The notes below the pieces were generated by a model, which was given only the letters and a program-made list of their open reading frames with translations, made no database searches and was not told the origin of the DNA. A stretch of 63,873 nt of DNA, counting the filler, from Octopus bimaculoides (lineage: Eukaryota), in NCBI RefSeq assembly GCF_001194135.2. It is 7 parts of 7 records of this genome, joined end to end, with 100 filler letters (N's around TTAATTAATTAA, not from the genome) between each part and the next. Parts side by side here need not be neighbours in the genome. Positions count along the whole stretch, not along the records: positions 1 to 16,144 come from NC_068984.1; positions 16,245 to 24,704 come from NC_069005.1; positions 24,805 to 36,750 come from NC_068991.1; 4 more parts are not named here. One strand, given 5' to 3'. This document shows positions 13,281-26,509 of this stretch, piece by piece (the stretch's first letter is position 1; every line of letters starts with the position of its first letter). The position numbers and the translations under genes were made by a program.

Positions 13281-15654
13281 GACATGACTAATGTTCCAGC
13301 TCATGTCAGGAATAAGTCCTGATGTCAATTTCTTCAACTAAAAACCCTTTAATGTGGTGCTCCAGCATGGCCTCAGTAAAATGCCTAAGACAAGTAAAGA
13401 AATAAAAAGAAGAATAGTTGTTTCATTTTAATTTCTGTATTTAGAGAAAAAAAACGGAAAAAGAAAGGAACAATGAAATTTAGAAATGTACATATAGCAT
13501 ATAAACTAAATAAAATGTTAATTATTTAACCTTCTGTAGTTTATATTTGTTCATTCAGGGAAGAAAATGTAATGTAATTATTGACTTTATTTGTTTATCT
13601 CTCTCCCTCTCTCTCCATCTTTGAAAGTTATTCTTTTTCAGAAACAATTTAAAAACTGTATATTGCTAATATATGATAAACAGATGTGTCTGACTTCCTT
13701 TCGAACATCAAAATTGCAGTTGACTAATAGCAGACTTTGAAGAAATACACATAGAGGGCTTAGATTAATCCAAATACCGTGATGAAGGAAGTGTTTCTGT
13801 ACCTTATCAAAGAGTGGCAAAAATAAAGACAAAGATTCCTATTGATTTGGTTTCATACAAATAAATGATGTGGGACTGCAATCATGGATTGATGTATAGT
13901 GAGGTGTGGAGTGACAGGAAGGCTGTGAGAGACATAACATGAAAGGACCATGCCAAAACTATGAAGTGAACAGGAGGGGCTAGAGGTGAATAGGGAAAGT
14001 AAAAGGGTTCAAATTTAGGTGAAAGAGGAAGTGATGTTTAAGTTAAGTTAGAATGAAAAGCAGAACAAAATGCAGACTGAATCTTTGTGGTTTTTGTCAC
14101 TACTTACAGTTTTGTTCGAATTGTTTTCAAATTTAGTATATGGATTAAGTTTTGTATACTAATTATGAAAATGGATTTCATTTTTCCTATGAATCCATAA
14201 TTAAAAAGTTATTAACCTTTAAAGTTTGCAGAATTTGTATATTCATATATAAAATACAACAATTAGCCACCATTTTTGATGGCACGGATCCAACTAGTTT
14301 ATTTTATAAAATTCTAGAGTTTATTACAAATATTCATTCTTGAATTTTTGAAAGGAATAAATGTCTATTTTAAGCAATGTTTTCACTGTTATTTCTAGCA
14401 ACTCTTGTTGGTTTGCTTGTTCATAGCTTTTAAATATTCAATTTCCTCGCGAATGTTTTAATGTTAATTTCATTCATGTATATTTAAATGTTTTGACTGT
14501 TGTTTCTAGCAATGTTTTGACATGCCAATGTGTGCGGCTCCACCCCACCCACCCCCCGATTATGGAAGAGGCAGTGAACGCACTGTTTTTTGATTGGCGG
14601 AAAATTCTGAAAATTATCAAATTTTAAACACCTGTAACATTTTTGCAAAGCTTTTCTGGAATAAATGAATAGCAAATTTGGATTCAGCATCAAAGATTAC
14701 ATCTATATGATACATCAAAAATTATTCTAATGATAATTGTAAACAGCAATGAAAACCACAAAGATCCTGCAGACCTATCATTAAGGATCACTCTGACGGT
14801 TCCATCTTTTTTGTATATCTAAGCTGACACTATCCAAGATGAACTTCCAGTTCTTTAAGATGTTAAGACAGAATTCATATATTTGGTTGCTATTTCTAGG
14901 AAACAAAGCAACCACATAGAGATTGACGAATTTTCCTTCATGAAAGTTGAAATATGTGTTGAAATAACAAAATAAAAGAAATAAATATAAACATTTATTT
15001 GTTTAAATGTAGATATTCTGTTTTTTTTTTTTACACTGATATTTTATAATACCATTTTTAATGGACTTTGGATTTTTTGGATTTTGAACATCATTGCTGA
15101 AAACATGAATTTTTAAAGTTATTTGTTTTAATTTTTTAATTAACAAATAATTAAATCAGAAACTGATTAATGTTTGGAGATTTACAGCTGTAGTACATTT
15201 TATATGAACGATAATATATTTTATGTTCAATGAAGAATACTTCATTTGTATTTGAAGCATATAAATATGTTTTCCTTGCATCATCAATAATTTGAAACCG
15301 ATAAAATATTAAAAATTTTTAGCAAGTGAAAATATATAATACTACTAAATAATAAATATTCTTTCATTCTTATATTTGTTTCAATCATTTGACTGTAGCC
15401 ATGCTGGAGTGCCACCTTTTGTCGAACAAATCAACCCCATAATACAGTTTTGTATTTAAGAGATGAGGAATTATGTACGTTATTTACATTCGACGGATAT
15501 TTGTCCTCATCTTGATTGTTGTTAACACAGCGTTTCTTGAGGTGTCTTGGGGAAATTTCAAACCTGGGTTCTCATTCCTGAGGTATTTTTCGATGTTATT
15601 ATTATTATTTATTAGGTTTTCAGGTTATCATACATCGAAACCTACAGGAGAGTC

Positions 15655-16144
15655 TATTATTATTATTGTTCTTTTTAATTCAGGTTTTGATGGAACTCCT
15701 GGAGTCTTGCATGTGTAGTGGGCTTGCTACCTGTAGCCTACAGTACCATGCAATCGGTTCTTTTCAAATATCTAATACTTTGCTGATTATTCTGGCCGTG
15801 ACAAGGAGTCAAACCTTTTGTAACAGTTCTACTGGGCACTCTGTTCCAATTTCCTTTATATTCTTGATGCCTTCTGATACTGTCCCCAAGGAGCAAACAA
15901 TAATTGGCATTATCTTCACCTTCTTCATTTTCCATTATTATTATTATTATTTTTCAGTAGTTTTATTTTTATAACATGCTTTCACTTCACTACCGAGCGC
16001 AGCTCTGTGCGCCTTGGGTATGTGCTGTGGTTTGCTGTGGTGCTCTTATGTTTACTGTATTGAAAGTGTTTTGCGTAGGATGTGTGCAGTGCCCAGTAGT
16101 GCAATTTTCTGTATGTTATACATATTTGTAAGTCCTGGTGTTTT
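15655..16144 (-). mobile_element. Two tandem 3' ends of R4/Dong-like RLE LINEs, each ending in (AAT)n
   Basis: KTPGLTNMYNIQKIALLGTAHILRKTLSIQ* (16144-16052) and KMKKVKIMPIIVCSLGTV...VELLQKV*LLVTARIISKVL (15930-15770) match the RLE C-terminal LQK..LLGTA.ILRK.L pattern. Confidence 0.7.
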
Positions 16145-16244
16145 NNNNNNNNNNNNNNNNNNNNNNNNNNNNNNNNNNNNNNNNNNNNTTAATTAATTAA
16201 NNNNNNNNNNNNNNNNNNNNNNNNNNNNNNNNNNNNNNNNNNNN
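16145..16244. other. Artificial contig-joining spacer
   Basis: N44-TTAATTAATTAA-N44, exactly 100 bp. Confidence 0.95.
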
Positions 16245-16419
16245 ATCTGGATGTGTGTGGGTGTGTGTGTGTTAGTACATGCAAATATATCTTGGAGTTT
16301 TACAACTGAGAAAGCTGACAAGCAATTGCAAAATTAAATTAATATTTACAAAGAACACATACCCTGACTTGCTATTTGGTGGTGGTGGTGGTGGTGGTGG
16401 TGAAGATGATGATGATGAT

Positions 16420-17565
16420 TTCAAATTTTGACACACAGCCAGCAATTTTGGGGAAAGGGGTCAGTCAAACAAACCGTCCAACCCATGCCAGCATGGAAAA
16501 CAGACATTAAATGATGATGATGATGATTATGGGCTAATTCGATTACATTTACCCCAGTGTTCAGCTGGTACTTAGTTTATTGACCCTGAAAGGCAAAGTT
16601 GACCACAGCAGAATTTGAACTCAGAATGTTAAGAGAGACGAAATGCCATGAAACATTTTCCCCAGCATGCTCATGATTCTGCCAGCTCACCACCTTAATA
16701 ATAGTAATAATAATAATAATAATTCTTTCTACTATAGGCACAAGGCCTGAAATTTGAGGGGAGAGGACTAGTCGATTACATTGACCTCAGTGTGTCACCG
16801 GTACCTAATTTATTGACCTGAAAGGATGAAAGGCAAAATCGACCTTGGTGAATTTGAACTCAGAAGATGGACGAAATATTGCTAAGCATTTTGCCTGGTG
16901 TACTAACGATTCTACCAGCTTGCCACAAGCCAGCAGTTTTGTGGGAGGGGATAAGTTGATTGCGTTGAACCCAGTACACAACTGGTACTTATTTTATCAA
17001 CCTTGAGAGCATGAAAGGCAAAGTCAGCCTCGGTGGAACTTGAACTCAGAATTCGAAGAGGGACAAAATGCCACTTACCATTTTGCCTGGCATGTTAACG
17101 ATTCTGCCAGCTCATTGTCTTTATAATAATAATAATCTTTTCTTCTCTAGGCACAAGGCTTGAAATTTTGGGGGAGGGGGGGGGGCAGACGGTTAGATCG
17201 ACCCCAGTATGCAATTGGTACTTAATTTATCTACCCCGAAAGGATGAAAGGTAAAGTCGACCTTGGCAGAATTCGAACTTGGAATGTAAAGACAGATGAA
17301 ATACCACTAAGCATTTTGCCAGCTCGCCGCCTTAATAATAATAACAATAAGGATTTCAAATTTTGGCACAAGGCCAGCTATTGGAGGGGAGATAAGCTGA
17401 TTACATCAACCCCAAGGCTCAACTGGTACATATTTTATCAACTCAAGAAAGATGAAAGGCAAAGTTGACCTTGGTGGAATTTGAACTTAGAGCATAAAGA
17501 TCTAGAAGAAATGCTATTGAGCATTTTGCTCGACATTTAAATAATTCTGCCAGCTAATTGCCTTA
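16420..17565 (-). mobile_element. Head-to-tail array of five tRNA-derived SINEs (family C)
   Basis: Five copies of ...AAAGGCAAA(G/A)T(T/C)(G/A).CC...GAA(T/C)T(T/C)GAACT...CCAGCT at about 200-290 bp period, mostly separated by (AAT)n. Confidence 0.88.
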
Positions 17566-19910
17566 TAATAATAATAACAAGAGTACTCAAGCTGTCATTA
17601 TTCATGGAGTTATTGTTGGGAAAGTTGCTCAATGAGGGTTGATAATTAGAGAATTAAGAAGTAAATAAAAATGCCAAAATAACAGAAAAATAAGAAAATT
17701 ATACTTATCATTCCCCAAATACTATACATGTATGATTCATTGCAGAAGTTCATGAAGGACAATATTTCTTGTGTAGACATAAGGAGGCACTAACATACTC
17801 TGGTCTTCTGAGCTTTCAGTCTGTAATTTCAAGTGTTCCTCACCCTAATCCTAATCCTAATCCAGACACGTAGCGTATTATATATATTGATAATGACACT
17901 GATTTCTGTTATTTTCCACAAGGGTAAGACTTGAGGGGACATTACATGGGCAGGATACAAAATGTATGGTGTTGGGGAAGTTACAATGAAAGTGAAAGTG
18001 TGAGGAAAAATAATATGAAAGTGAAAGTAGACAGACTCTGTAACATTTCTAGAAGGTTCATGTAGGAAGTGGACCATCCTCTAATTCCAATCAAGGAACC
18101 CCTTAGATCCTGTGGTACCCTGATTACCAAGGATAAATACCTTCTCCCGTTTGTTATTCTCCAGCCTACGGGTGCATGCTGGGAGTAAGCCCCTTCACTC
18201 TGACCTATTATTTGTTAAATTTACTGGAGGACAGCACCTCCCCTTCCGTCCTCACCTTCTTTTATAAGTGGGACTAGAAAAAAAAAATTGATGAGGTGGT
18301 GCAGATATGATTGTGTGGTAAGAAACTCATTTTGAAACCACGTAATTTTGGGTTCAGTCCCAAAATTACACACAACAGGCTTTTGCACAGTTTCTTTCTA
18401 CCAAATTCACTCAAAAGGTATTGGTTGAGGCTATAGTAGTGAGTGTGTGTGTGTGTGTGTGTGTGTTTACTGTTGTCTTGACATCACATCATGGTTGTAA
18501 ATGAGCATCACTGTCATACAGGCAAGGTTGTTCATTTTCCAGTCTTCTGTGGAAAAACATGTCAGGCCATGAGGAAAATATTAACCTTGCTTGGGAAGAA
18601 GTGAGGGTTGGTGACAGGAAGAGCACCAGGAAATCTGCTTCAACAAATTCTGACTGACCTATGCAAGCAAGCATGGAGAAGTGGACACCAAATGATGATG
18701 GTGGTGGTGGCGGTGATTTTTGTGGTGGTAGTGGTGGAAGTGATGATGATGATCATTGGAACAAATTTTATATACCAAGTGGAAGAAGAGAATCTTTGTA
18801 TTTGAGAGGGAACTCTTCAACAGAAAAAGGGAGAGTAAAGAAAGAGATGTCGGTGCTAATTAATTTCTCTTTCATTACCAGATGGCAAAACAATTTGTCT
18901 ATCTGTCTGTCTGTCTGTCTGTAAGACTCTCTGTCTCTGTCTGTCTGTTTGTCTGTCTGTGTCTGTCTGTCTATCTGTCTGTTTGTCTGTCTGTGTCTGT
19001 CTGTCTATCTGTCTGTCTCTCTCTCTCTTTCTCTTCCTGATTCAACATTCTGCTCCGCAAATCATTGATACTTCTTTTCTTTCTCACAGAATAAAACATA
19101 TTTATTCCACTGCTTCAAATATATTTGTGTTACCATTTGCCAACAACACAGAGACGCAAAATGCTGCTAGTGGCTTCCATTTCTACCGATTCATTATCTA
19201 ATGTTAATATTGATTGTTTGCAGAGGGAGGATGTTCGATTGAAGAAATCACACAGCAGTCAGTAGCTGTCCAATGAGATTAGAGAAGAGAAACGAAGAGA
19301 TGGTGGTGATGGTAGTGGTGGGGGGAAGTCTTTGAGTCAGCTGACTCTTTGCGTGTGTGCATATGTGTGCATGTGCATGTGTGTGGTTTTGAGTTTGTGT
19401 ATGATTGTGTGACATGTGTATGACTGTGTATGTATTTTTTTGTGATCGTATGTGTGTAATGTGTTAGTGTGTCATGTGTATAGTATGTGTATGAAATTAT
19501 GTGACTACATGTGTGTGTGTGTGTGTTATGTTTGAGTGTTGTGTAATTTCGTATTTTGCATGCATGTATGTGAGTTGCATGTTTGTGTTGTATGCGTATG
19601 TGTGTGTATAAATGTGTGTGTGTGTGTGTGTGTGTGTGTCTAGCACCATTACATCATAGACTACGACACTGACACACACACATACACACTGACACACACA
19701 CATACACACTGACACTCACACATACACTCTCACACATTCAAACACACTTGCAAACTCATTCACACATATATACACACACACAGACACAATGACACTCACA
19801 TACACACTCTCACGTGCACGTGCATTCACATAAGGCACACACACACACACACACTCACTCTTACATCTACATACACTCACACACCTACAAGTAAAAATGG
19901 TTTTAGGAAT

Positions 19911-19942
<32 letters not shown>

Positions 19943-20712
19943 TTAATGCCTTCTTTTCCATTCCTGCATGGGTCAGATGAAATTTTGCAGATTTTCTACA
20001 GCCTGATGCTCTTCCAAACCTTGTCTGTCACCAACCGTCTCCTGTTTCCAGGCATATTTCCCCCATGGGCAGATATACACTTTGCAAAAGACTGGAAAGG
20101 AACAATCTCACTTGTATAGCAATGATGCTCTTTTACCAACATCACCTGATATCTAGACGAAGGGTACACACAAACACACATACACAAACATATACACACA
20201 CATACATACATACGTCGTCGTCGTTTACTTATATATATTTGACAGGCTTGTTTCAGTTTCCTTCTACCAAATCACAAGGCTTTGGTCGGCCCAAGGCCAT
20301 AGTAGAAGACATTTGCCCAAGGTGCTATGCAGTGGGTCTGAACCTGGACCCATGTGGTTGGTAAGCAAGTTGCTTACCACACAGCCAACATGCATATATA
20401 TATAAATTTGGTAAAACAAATGGAGAAAACAGAACCCAAAACCTGAGTGTAGATATATTAATATTATTAACATTTCGTAGAAGCAACAGAGTGACTCAAG
20501 GGCCAAGAGTTTTGTGCATTAGCACTTAGCACAAACTTTGGCACAAGGCCAGCAATTTTAGGGAAGGGTGTAAGTCGATTTATTCATAAGGATGAAGGGG
20601 AAAGTCAACCTCAGTGGAATTTGAACTCAAGACGTGAAGACAGATGAAATGCCACTAAGAATTTTGCCTGGCATGCTAACAAATCTGCCCGCCCATTGCC
20701 TTCTTGATAATG

Positions 20713-20749
<37 letters not shown>

Positions 20750-20849
20750 NNNNNNNNNNNNNNNNNNNNNNNNNNNNNNNNNNNNNNNNNNNNNNNNNNN
20801 NNNNNNNNNNNNNNNNNNNNNNNNNNNNNNNNNNNNNNNNNNNNNNNNN

Positions 20850-20883
<34 letters not shown>

Positions 20884-21679
20884 CACATATTTCTATATAT
20901 CCGTGTTTGTATGTATAAGTGTATATATATATGTGTATGTGTGCGTGCATGTGTGTATTTATATGAGTGTATATATGTGTATGTGTGCGTGCATGTGTGT
21001 ATTTATATGAGTGTATATATATATATATCTGTGTGTGTGTGTGTGTGCATGCATATGTGTATGTGTGTGTATTTTTTTTGCGAACAACCTGCAGATGCAA
21101 GTGCTACTTGTTAAAAGCTTCGCATGCCGGATGCTAGAGCAAGTTTATGGGGGATCATCAGGAGATGTAATCTAATCTGATGGTTTATAAATATATACAT
21201 TCTTATATATGTCCTGGGTTGAGACAAGTGCAATTGCTGCACTAAACTCAGCCAAACAATGATGGCCAGTTGACTTTTCCACCCATTTCCTAAATAACAA
21301 AATTGAAGAAAAATCAAAACAGGTTTGTTTACTTCTATACATTTTTTCATCTAAGCCTCACAGCTTTACTAAATATAATTAGTTGTTTTTTTTGGTCTTA
21401 ATTGCATTTAATTTAATTAATACTAAGTAAAAGTATACAATATAGGTTTCAAATTTTGGCACAGGGCCAACAATTTTAAGGGAAAACCGGTTAGGCAGAA
21501 GCCTGCAGCAGACTTCTGTGACTGCTCTAGCAGGATTTTTACAGCTGGATGCCCTTCCTATTACCAACTGCCCCCGCAGAGTGGACTTTGTGGGTTTTTG
21601 CATGGCACAAGCACAGGTAAGGTCAGATTTGGCACGAATTCTTTGCAGGGTTTTTGAAGCATGACCAGTATACAAATGT

Positions 21680-21850
21680 CACCACCACCACCACCACCAC
21701 TACTGCCGTCACCACCACCACCACTGCCGTCACCACCACCACCATCACTACCATCGTCACCACCACCATCACCACCACCACCACTACCATCGCTACTGCC
21801 ATCACTACTACCACTACCACTGCCGTCACCACCACCACCACCATCACAGT
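21680..21850. repeat. (ACC)n/(ACT)n trinucleotide tract
   Basis: Direct reading; source of the poly-P/T/G/V ORFs. Confidence 0.95.
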
Positions 21851-22839
21851 CGCCCACCCAATTCTAGTTCATGCAACTTCTGTCATTAATCTTTCCATCA
21901 ATTTGCATCAATTAATGACATCCAGATGTAGATAACAGCAGCAATTTTCACTAATTATTTTGAGAGAGTGAGGAGGTGATGGTGGTGGTGGTGTGTGTGC
22001 GACACTCTCATGCGTGTCCCCTTCAATGGGTGCCCCCTTCAACAATTACTAAATAGGTTCTCTATATGAATACTGACACCTGATCAATTCCTTTCAAACA
22101 CACAAATACAATAAGCCTGTATGTGGCCATGCCATCTACTAGACATGGTAGTCACATCTCCCTCAGAATCACATCAAGACCTCACTGGCTTATAAAATGA
22201 TGTCATGTGATAAAGTAGTTGTCGTACATTAGTCCTGAAATTAAAAGTAGATGGTCATGGCTGGAATGCTTTCATCATGGAACAGTTCTATCATATTTGA
22301 CCTGTAGGTGACTAATATTCTAGGACCCTCTTTTGTCATGAATGACCATGGGATTGCACCTAGAAAGTTTCCCTCTGAGGCACAAGTCCAGACAAGGTTG
22401 TTTATAGAAGACCTGTAGTCACCCATCCTCTCCATGCCACCAATGTTATCCAAGGGAAAAGCAAAGGACGATACAGCTTGGCACCAGTGATGTCGCAACT
22501 CATTTCTACAGCTGAGTGAACTGGAGCAATGCGAAATATAGTGTCTAGCTCAAGAAAACAAAACACAGCCCGGTCCAGGAATTGAACTCATTACCTCATG
22601 ATTGTGAGCCCAACACCCTAACCACTGAGCCATGTATTATCATTGTTTTCATCATCAATTAACATCCACTTCTTCCTGCTTGTATGCATCGGACTGAGGG
22701 TATTCAGGAAGATTTTCCACAGCTCGATGCCCTTCGTAGTGCCAACCCTCACCTGTTTCCAAGCAAGCTAATACTTCCTGATGCCCACACATGTGCTTGC
22801 AAAATATTGTAAAGGCATGATACTGCTTGTAAAGTAAAG

Positions 22840-23085
22840 TTACCTTCTCAAGTCATACCGACTCACAAGGGCTGGTTTCCCAGTTTTATGGCATATATAT
22901 TCCCCACTTGGATGGGACACCAGTCCCTTGTAGGGTTACTCGTTTTCTCCAGCTGAGTGGACTGGAGCAACATGAAATGAAGTGTTTTGCTCAAGAACAC
23001 AATATGTCACCCGGTCCAGGAATCGAAACCACAACCTTACAATCATGAGTCCAACATGCTAACCACAAGGCCACGTGCCTCCACA
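22840..23085 (-). mobile_element. tRNA-derived SINE (family D)
   Basis: Minus-strand head GGAGGCACGTGGCCTTGTGGTTAG with B box GGTTTCGATTCC; related copies at 22480-22635, 32330-32515, 45495-45660, 47585-47715 and 54000-54180. Confidence 0.75.
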
Positions 23086-23584
23086 TGCTTGTATGACAGT
23101 GATACTCATTTACAACTATCTTGCAGTGTATAGACAAGGAGACAAATACGCATGCTCACATGCATCCATGTATACACACACACATAATGCGCTTCTACAC
23201 AGTTTCTGTCTACCAAATCCACTCACAAGGCTTTGATTGGTCCCAGAGCAACATTTAAAAAAAAAAAAACACTTGTTCAAGATGCTATGAAGTGGAACTT
23301 AAACATGAGACCATGTGGTTGGGAAAGAAAGCAGTTAACCACACAGCCATACCTGTGCCCATTATATACATAACACTATTTACTTGTCTAACTATCTCTA
23401 TTTAATGTATCATTCATTTAATATGTCAACACAGATTTAATTATGCTTCTATCCTATTTCTCTTTTATTTCTTCTCTTTATAAGTTAACTGGGACATTTC
23501 TCTTTTGGCTTTTCACTTCATTTTTGTCTCTTTTATTTGTGTAGATAATATGGTTTGTGTAAATCTGCATCTATTTGCATATAT

Positions 23585-23950
23585 ATAGTGAAAATTTACA
23601 AAACAAAACAAAAGACGAAGACAGGTGTTTAGACAACAGACAGATGTTTTAGTTTAACGCTCGGGAAGTCTTTTACGTTTCGAGCCTATGCTCTTCGACA
23701 GAAAGGAACACAGAAATAAACAGGGAGAGAAAATAGAAAAAGTTTTAGGGGCTAGCGATCTATCATGGCGAATATATATATACAGTTGAAATTTATAGAT
23801 AAACAAAAGATGAAGACAGGTGTATGACCAACAAGCAAGTGTATTAGTTTGATGCTTGGGAAAATAAAAAAGGTCTTTTATGTTTCAAGCCTACGCTCTT
23901 CAACAGAAAGGAATAAGAGAAAATAAACAGAGAGAGAATGAAAAAAAAAA
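23585..23950 (-). mobile_element. Tandem about 205-bp Penelope-type pseudo-LTR repeats
   Basis: Two diverged direct repeats, each containing GAAGAGC..AGGCT(C/T)GAAAC..AAAAGAC. Confidence 0.55.
23670..23705 (-). ncRNA. Minimal type I hammerhead-ribozyme-like motif (variant core CUGUCGA)
   Basis: CTTT-CTGTCGA-A-GAGC atag GCTC-GAAA-C-GTA-AAAG: stem I CTTT/AAAG, stem II GAGC/GCTC, GUA triplet; second decayed copy at 23875-23910. Confidence 0.45.
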
Positions 23951-24508
23951 TGTATATTTCAGCAGTCCAGCATATATATATTTATTTCTTTATTGCTTAC
24001 AGGGGGCTAAACATAGAGCGGACAAAGATGATTATATTTTCCCCCTGTGCATAACTGGTACTTATTTAATCGACCCCGATAGGATGAAAGGCAAAGTTGA
24101 CCTCAGTGGAATTTGAACTCAGAACGTAACATCAGATGAAATACCGCTAAGCATTTCGCCTGGCATGCTAACACTTCTGCCAGCTCACCATCCAGCATAT
24201 ATATTTTGATATATATATATATATATATTTACATATGTGTGTATGTCTCTGTGTTTGTGTCCATCCCCCATCACCACCACCACTTGATGACCAGTTCAAC
24301 AAAAGGTAACTGCTAGAATAAGTCCCAGAGTAAAAAAACAGAAAACAGAAACCAACAAAACACAAACAAACAAGTACTGGGGTCAATTTGTTTGACAAAA
24401 CCCCAAGGTGGGGGTCACTAAAATAAAAGTGAAAGATACAAGCCCAGCCCTCACTGGAAAACAGAAATGGAAAAGCAACGTATAAGAGATATAAATTTTA
24501 TAGAGGCA

Positions 24509-24544
<36 letters not shown>

Positions 24545-24661
24545 AAGACAATGAATGTGGGTTAATAGATTCATAACAATAGCCAGACAAGTATTAAAAT
24601 TTGGTTGTTTCATTGTATACAAGTCTGCTCATTGACTTCTTAAAGTGTTTTTGAGAACGTT

Positions 24662-24704
<43 letters not shown>

Positions 24705-24804
24705 NNNNNNNNNNNNNNNNNNNNNNNNNNNNNNNNNNNNNNNNNNNNTTAATTAATTAANNNNNNNNNNNNNNNNNNNNNNNNNNNNNNNNNNNNNNNN
24801 NNNN
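24705..24804. other. Artificial contig-joining spacer
   Basis: N44-TTAATTAATTAA-N44. Confidence 0.95.
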
Positions 24805-24840
<36 letters not shown>

Positions 24841-24984
24841 TGTACCTATGTATGTAGAAGAATGGCAAAGGAAATATACCCAGCTATACCTGCTGTATGA
24901 AAACTTAATTGTTTAGTGGGTGGCATTTAATGTTTTGTTTTAAGAAGTACTGGTGATGGTTGTAATGGTATAATGGTGCCTCAG

Positions 24985-25280
24985 AGGAAGTGGCATAATG
25001 CCAGCAGTCTATGCGGAACAGAGATCATAGTAGTATCAGTTGAAAAGGCAAAGATGGGAGACAGCACATATGTGACTCGGGTCAGAGCTCAGTGGTGTTT
25101 GCAAGTGGTTGCAGGCTCACCTGTTGAACAGCTTTTCTTTGAATGTGATCTAGGATGTCTGTAAGTCTCTGTGTGTGTATATCAGTTAATGTAAAGGAGT
25201 TAGGACTGCAAAAGATTCAGTTTCTGTACTGGCAGCATCAGTTTACGTTGAGTATATGATCCAAGGAGAAATTGTGACAG
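24985..25280 (-). mobile_element. Old LINE ORF2 C-terminal remnant (Jockey/CR1-group-like)
   Basis: DILDHIQRKAVQQVSLQPLA resembles the LD.IQR.A...SLQPL.HRR pattern; heavily decayed. Confidence 0.4.
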
Positions 25281-25779
25281 TTGAAATCATTGGGGATGAT
25301 GAAATAGGGGGTGAGATAGATGTCCTTCATGCAGGAGCAGATGTATTTGAACAGTTGTTGGTGGCTTGCAAGAGTGTGAAGCCAGGTATAGGAAACAAGT
25401 ATATTTAGCTGCACTTATGATTGCAAAATTGTGGTTTTGATTCCCGGATTGCATTGTGCCTGGTATTCTTAACCCATTACCTCCCATAATTCTATTAACT
25501 GGAATTTTTTTATGAAACTTTGATTTCTAGCATAAAACAGCCTTAGAAACACGCTGGAATGATCAAAATAACATTTCAAAATAACATTTTAAATAGAAAT
25601 AAGCGAGATATTGGGTGAAAAATTAGCAAACCTCATTTGAATATCAGAGAAATATACCTAGTAGATATAGCAAAAAGTTTAGATATGTGTAAATATTGAC
25701 AGATAATTACGAAATTTGTAATTTTTAAGTGATCTCATGAGATCACTGGTAGGTAATGGGTTAAGCAAAACACAAAAAC

Positions 25780-26155
25780 AAATATCTTCTTGTTTGTATT
25801 ATGCAATACACATTTCGATGCTTCTAATAAAAAACAAATGTTAGTTTGTTTATATTCATACACATGTGTTGTTCAATAAGCTATTTAGTATCTAAATCAG
25901 CAGATGAATTTGTCAACAGGTAGTTTAGCTTAATGATAAAGCACTCAGCTGGAGTCTTGTGGGATATGGGTTCGAGTCGCATGGCTGGTTGTTGACAAAT
26001 TTTTCCTGCCTTGTAAGGGTAATTTACCAAGTATTTCTGCCATTCTAATGGCAATTCTGCATTTGAAAAAAAGAATTTTCTTGTTTGTATCATACAATAT
26101 ACATTTTGAAGCTTCTAATAAGTAACAAATGTTAGTTTGTTTATATTTATACACA
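25780..26155 (+). mobile_element. Family F SINE preceded by a duplicated tail segment
   Basis: Tail...CAAATGTTAGTTTGTTTATATT occurs before and after the tRNA-like head (TAGCTTAATGATAAAGC, GGGTTCGAGTCG). Confidence 0.7.
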
Positions 26156-26509
26156 CTTCATTTCATGTTGCTCCAGTCCACTCAGCTGTAAATGATCCAT
26201 CCTATGATGGACTGGCATCCCTTTCAGGGGGAATGTTGTGACCTCAATCACTTATATGTCACGGAAACGAGGTAATCAGCATTATGAGTCCTAAGACTCA
26301 ACACAGTAACATCCAGGTACTTGCTGTCCACTTTTTTTTTTATCCAGGTGAGTGAGGTGTATGTAAATGTACATAGGTATGTATACTTGTATACCTCTAT
26401 GTAGCATATAAGTATATCTGCATGTATGGGTGCACTACATATGTGCCAACATCATATTTTTGAGTACAACATGAATATGGTACAGTATTGGACAGTTTTA
26501 GTTTTTGGT

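Noticed and set aside
16420-17565. CRISPR-like repeat-spacer appearance
   Set aside because: The units are about 200-bp diverged tRNA-SINEs dispersed elsewhere in the window; eukaryotic context and no cas genes
21111-21292. Strong minus-strand acceptor followed by a 60-codon frame
   Set aside because: No convincing donor, partner exon or recognisable product
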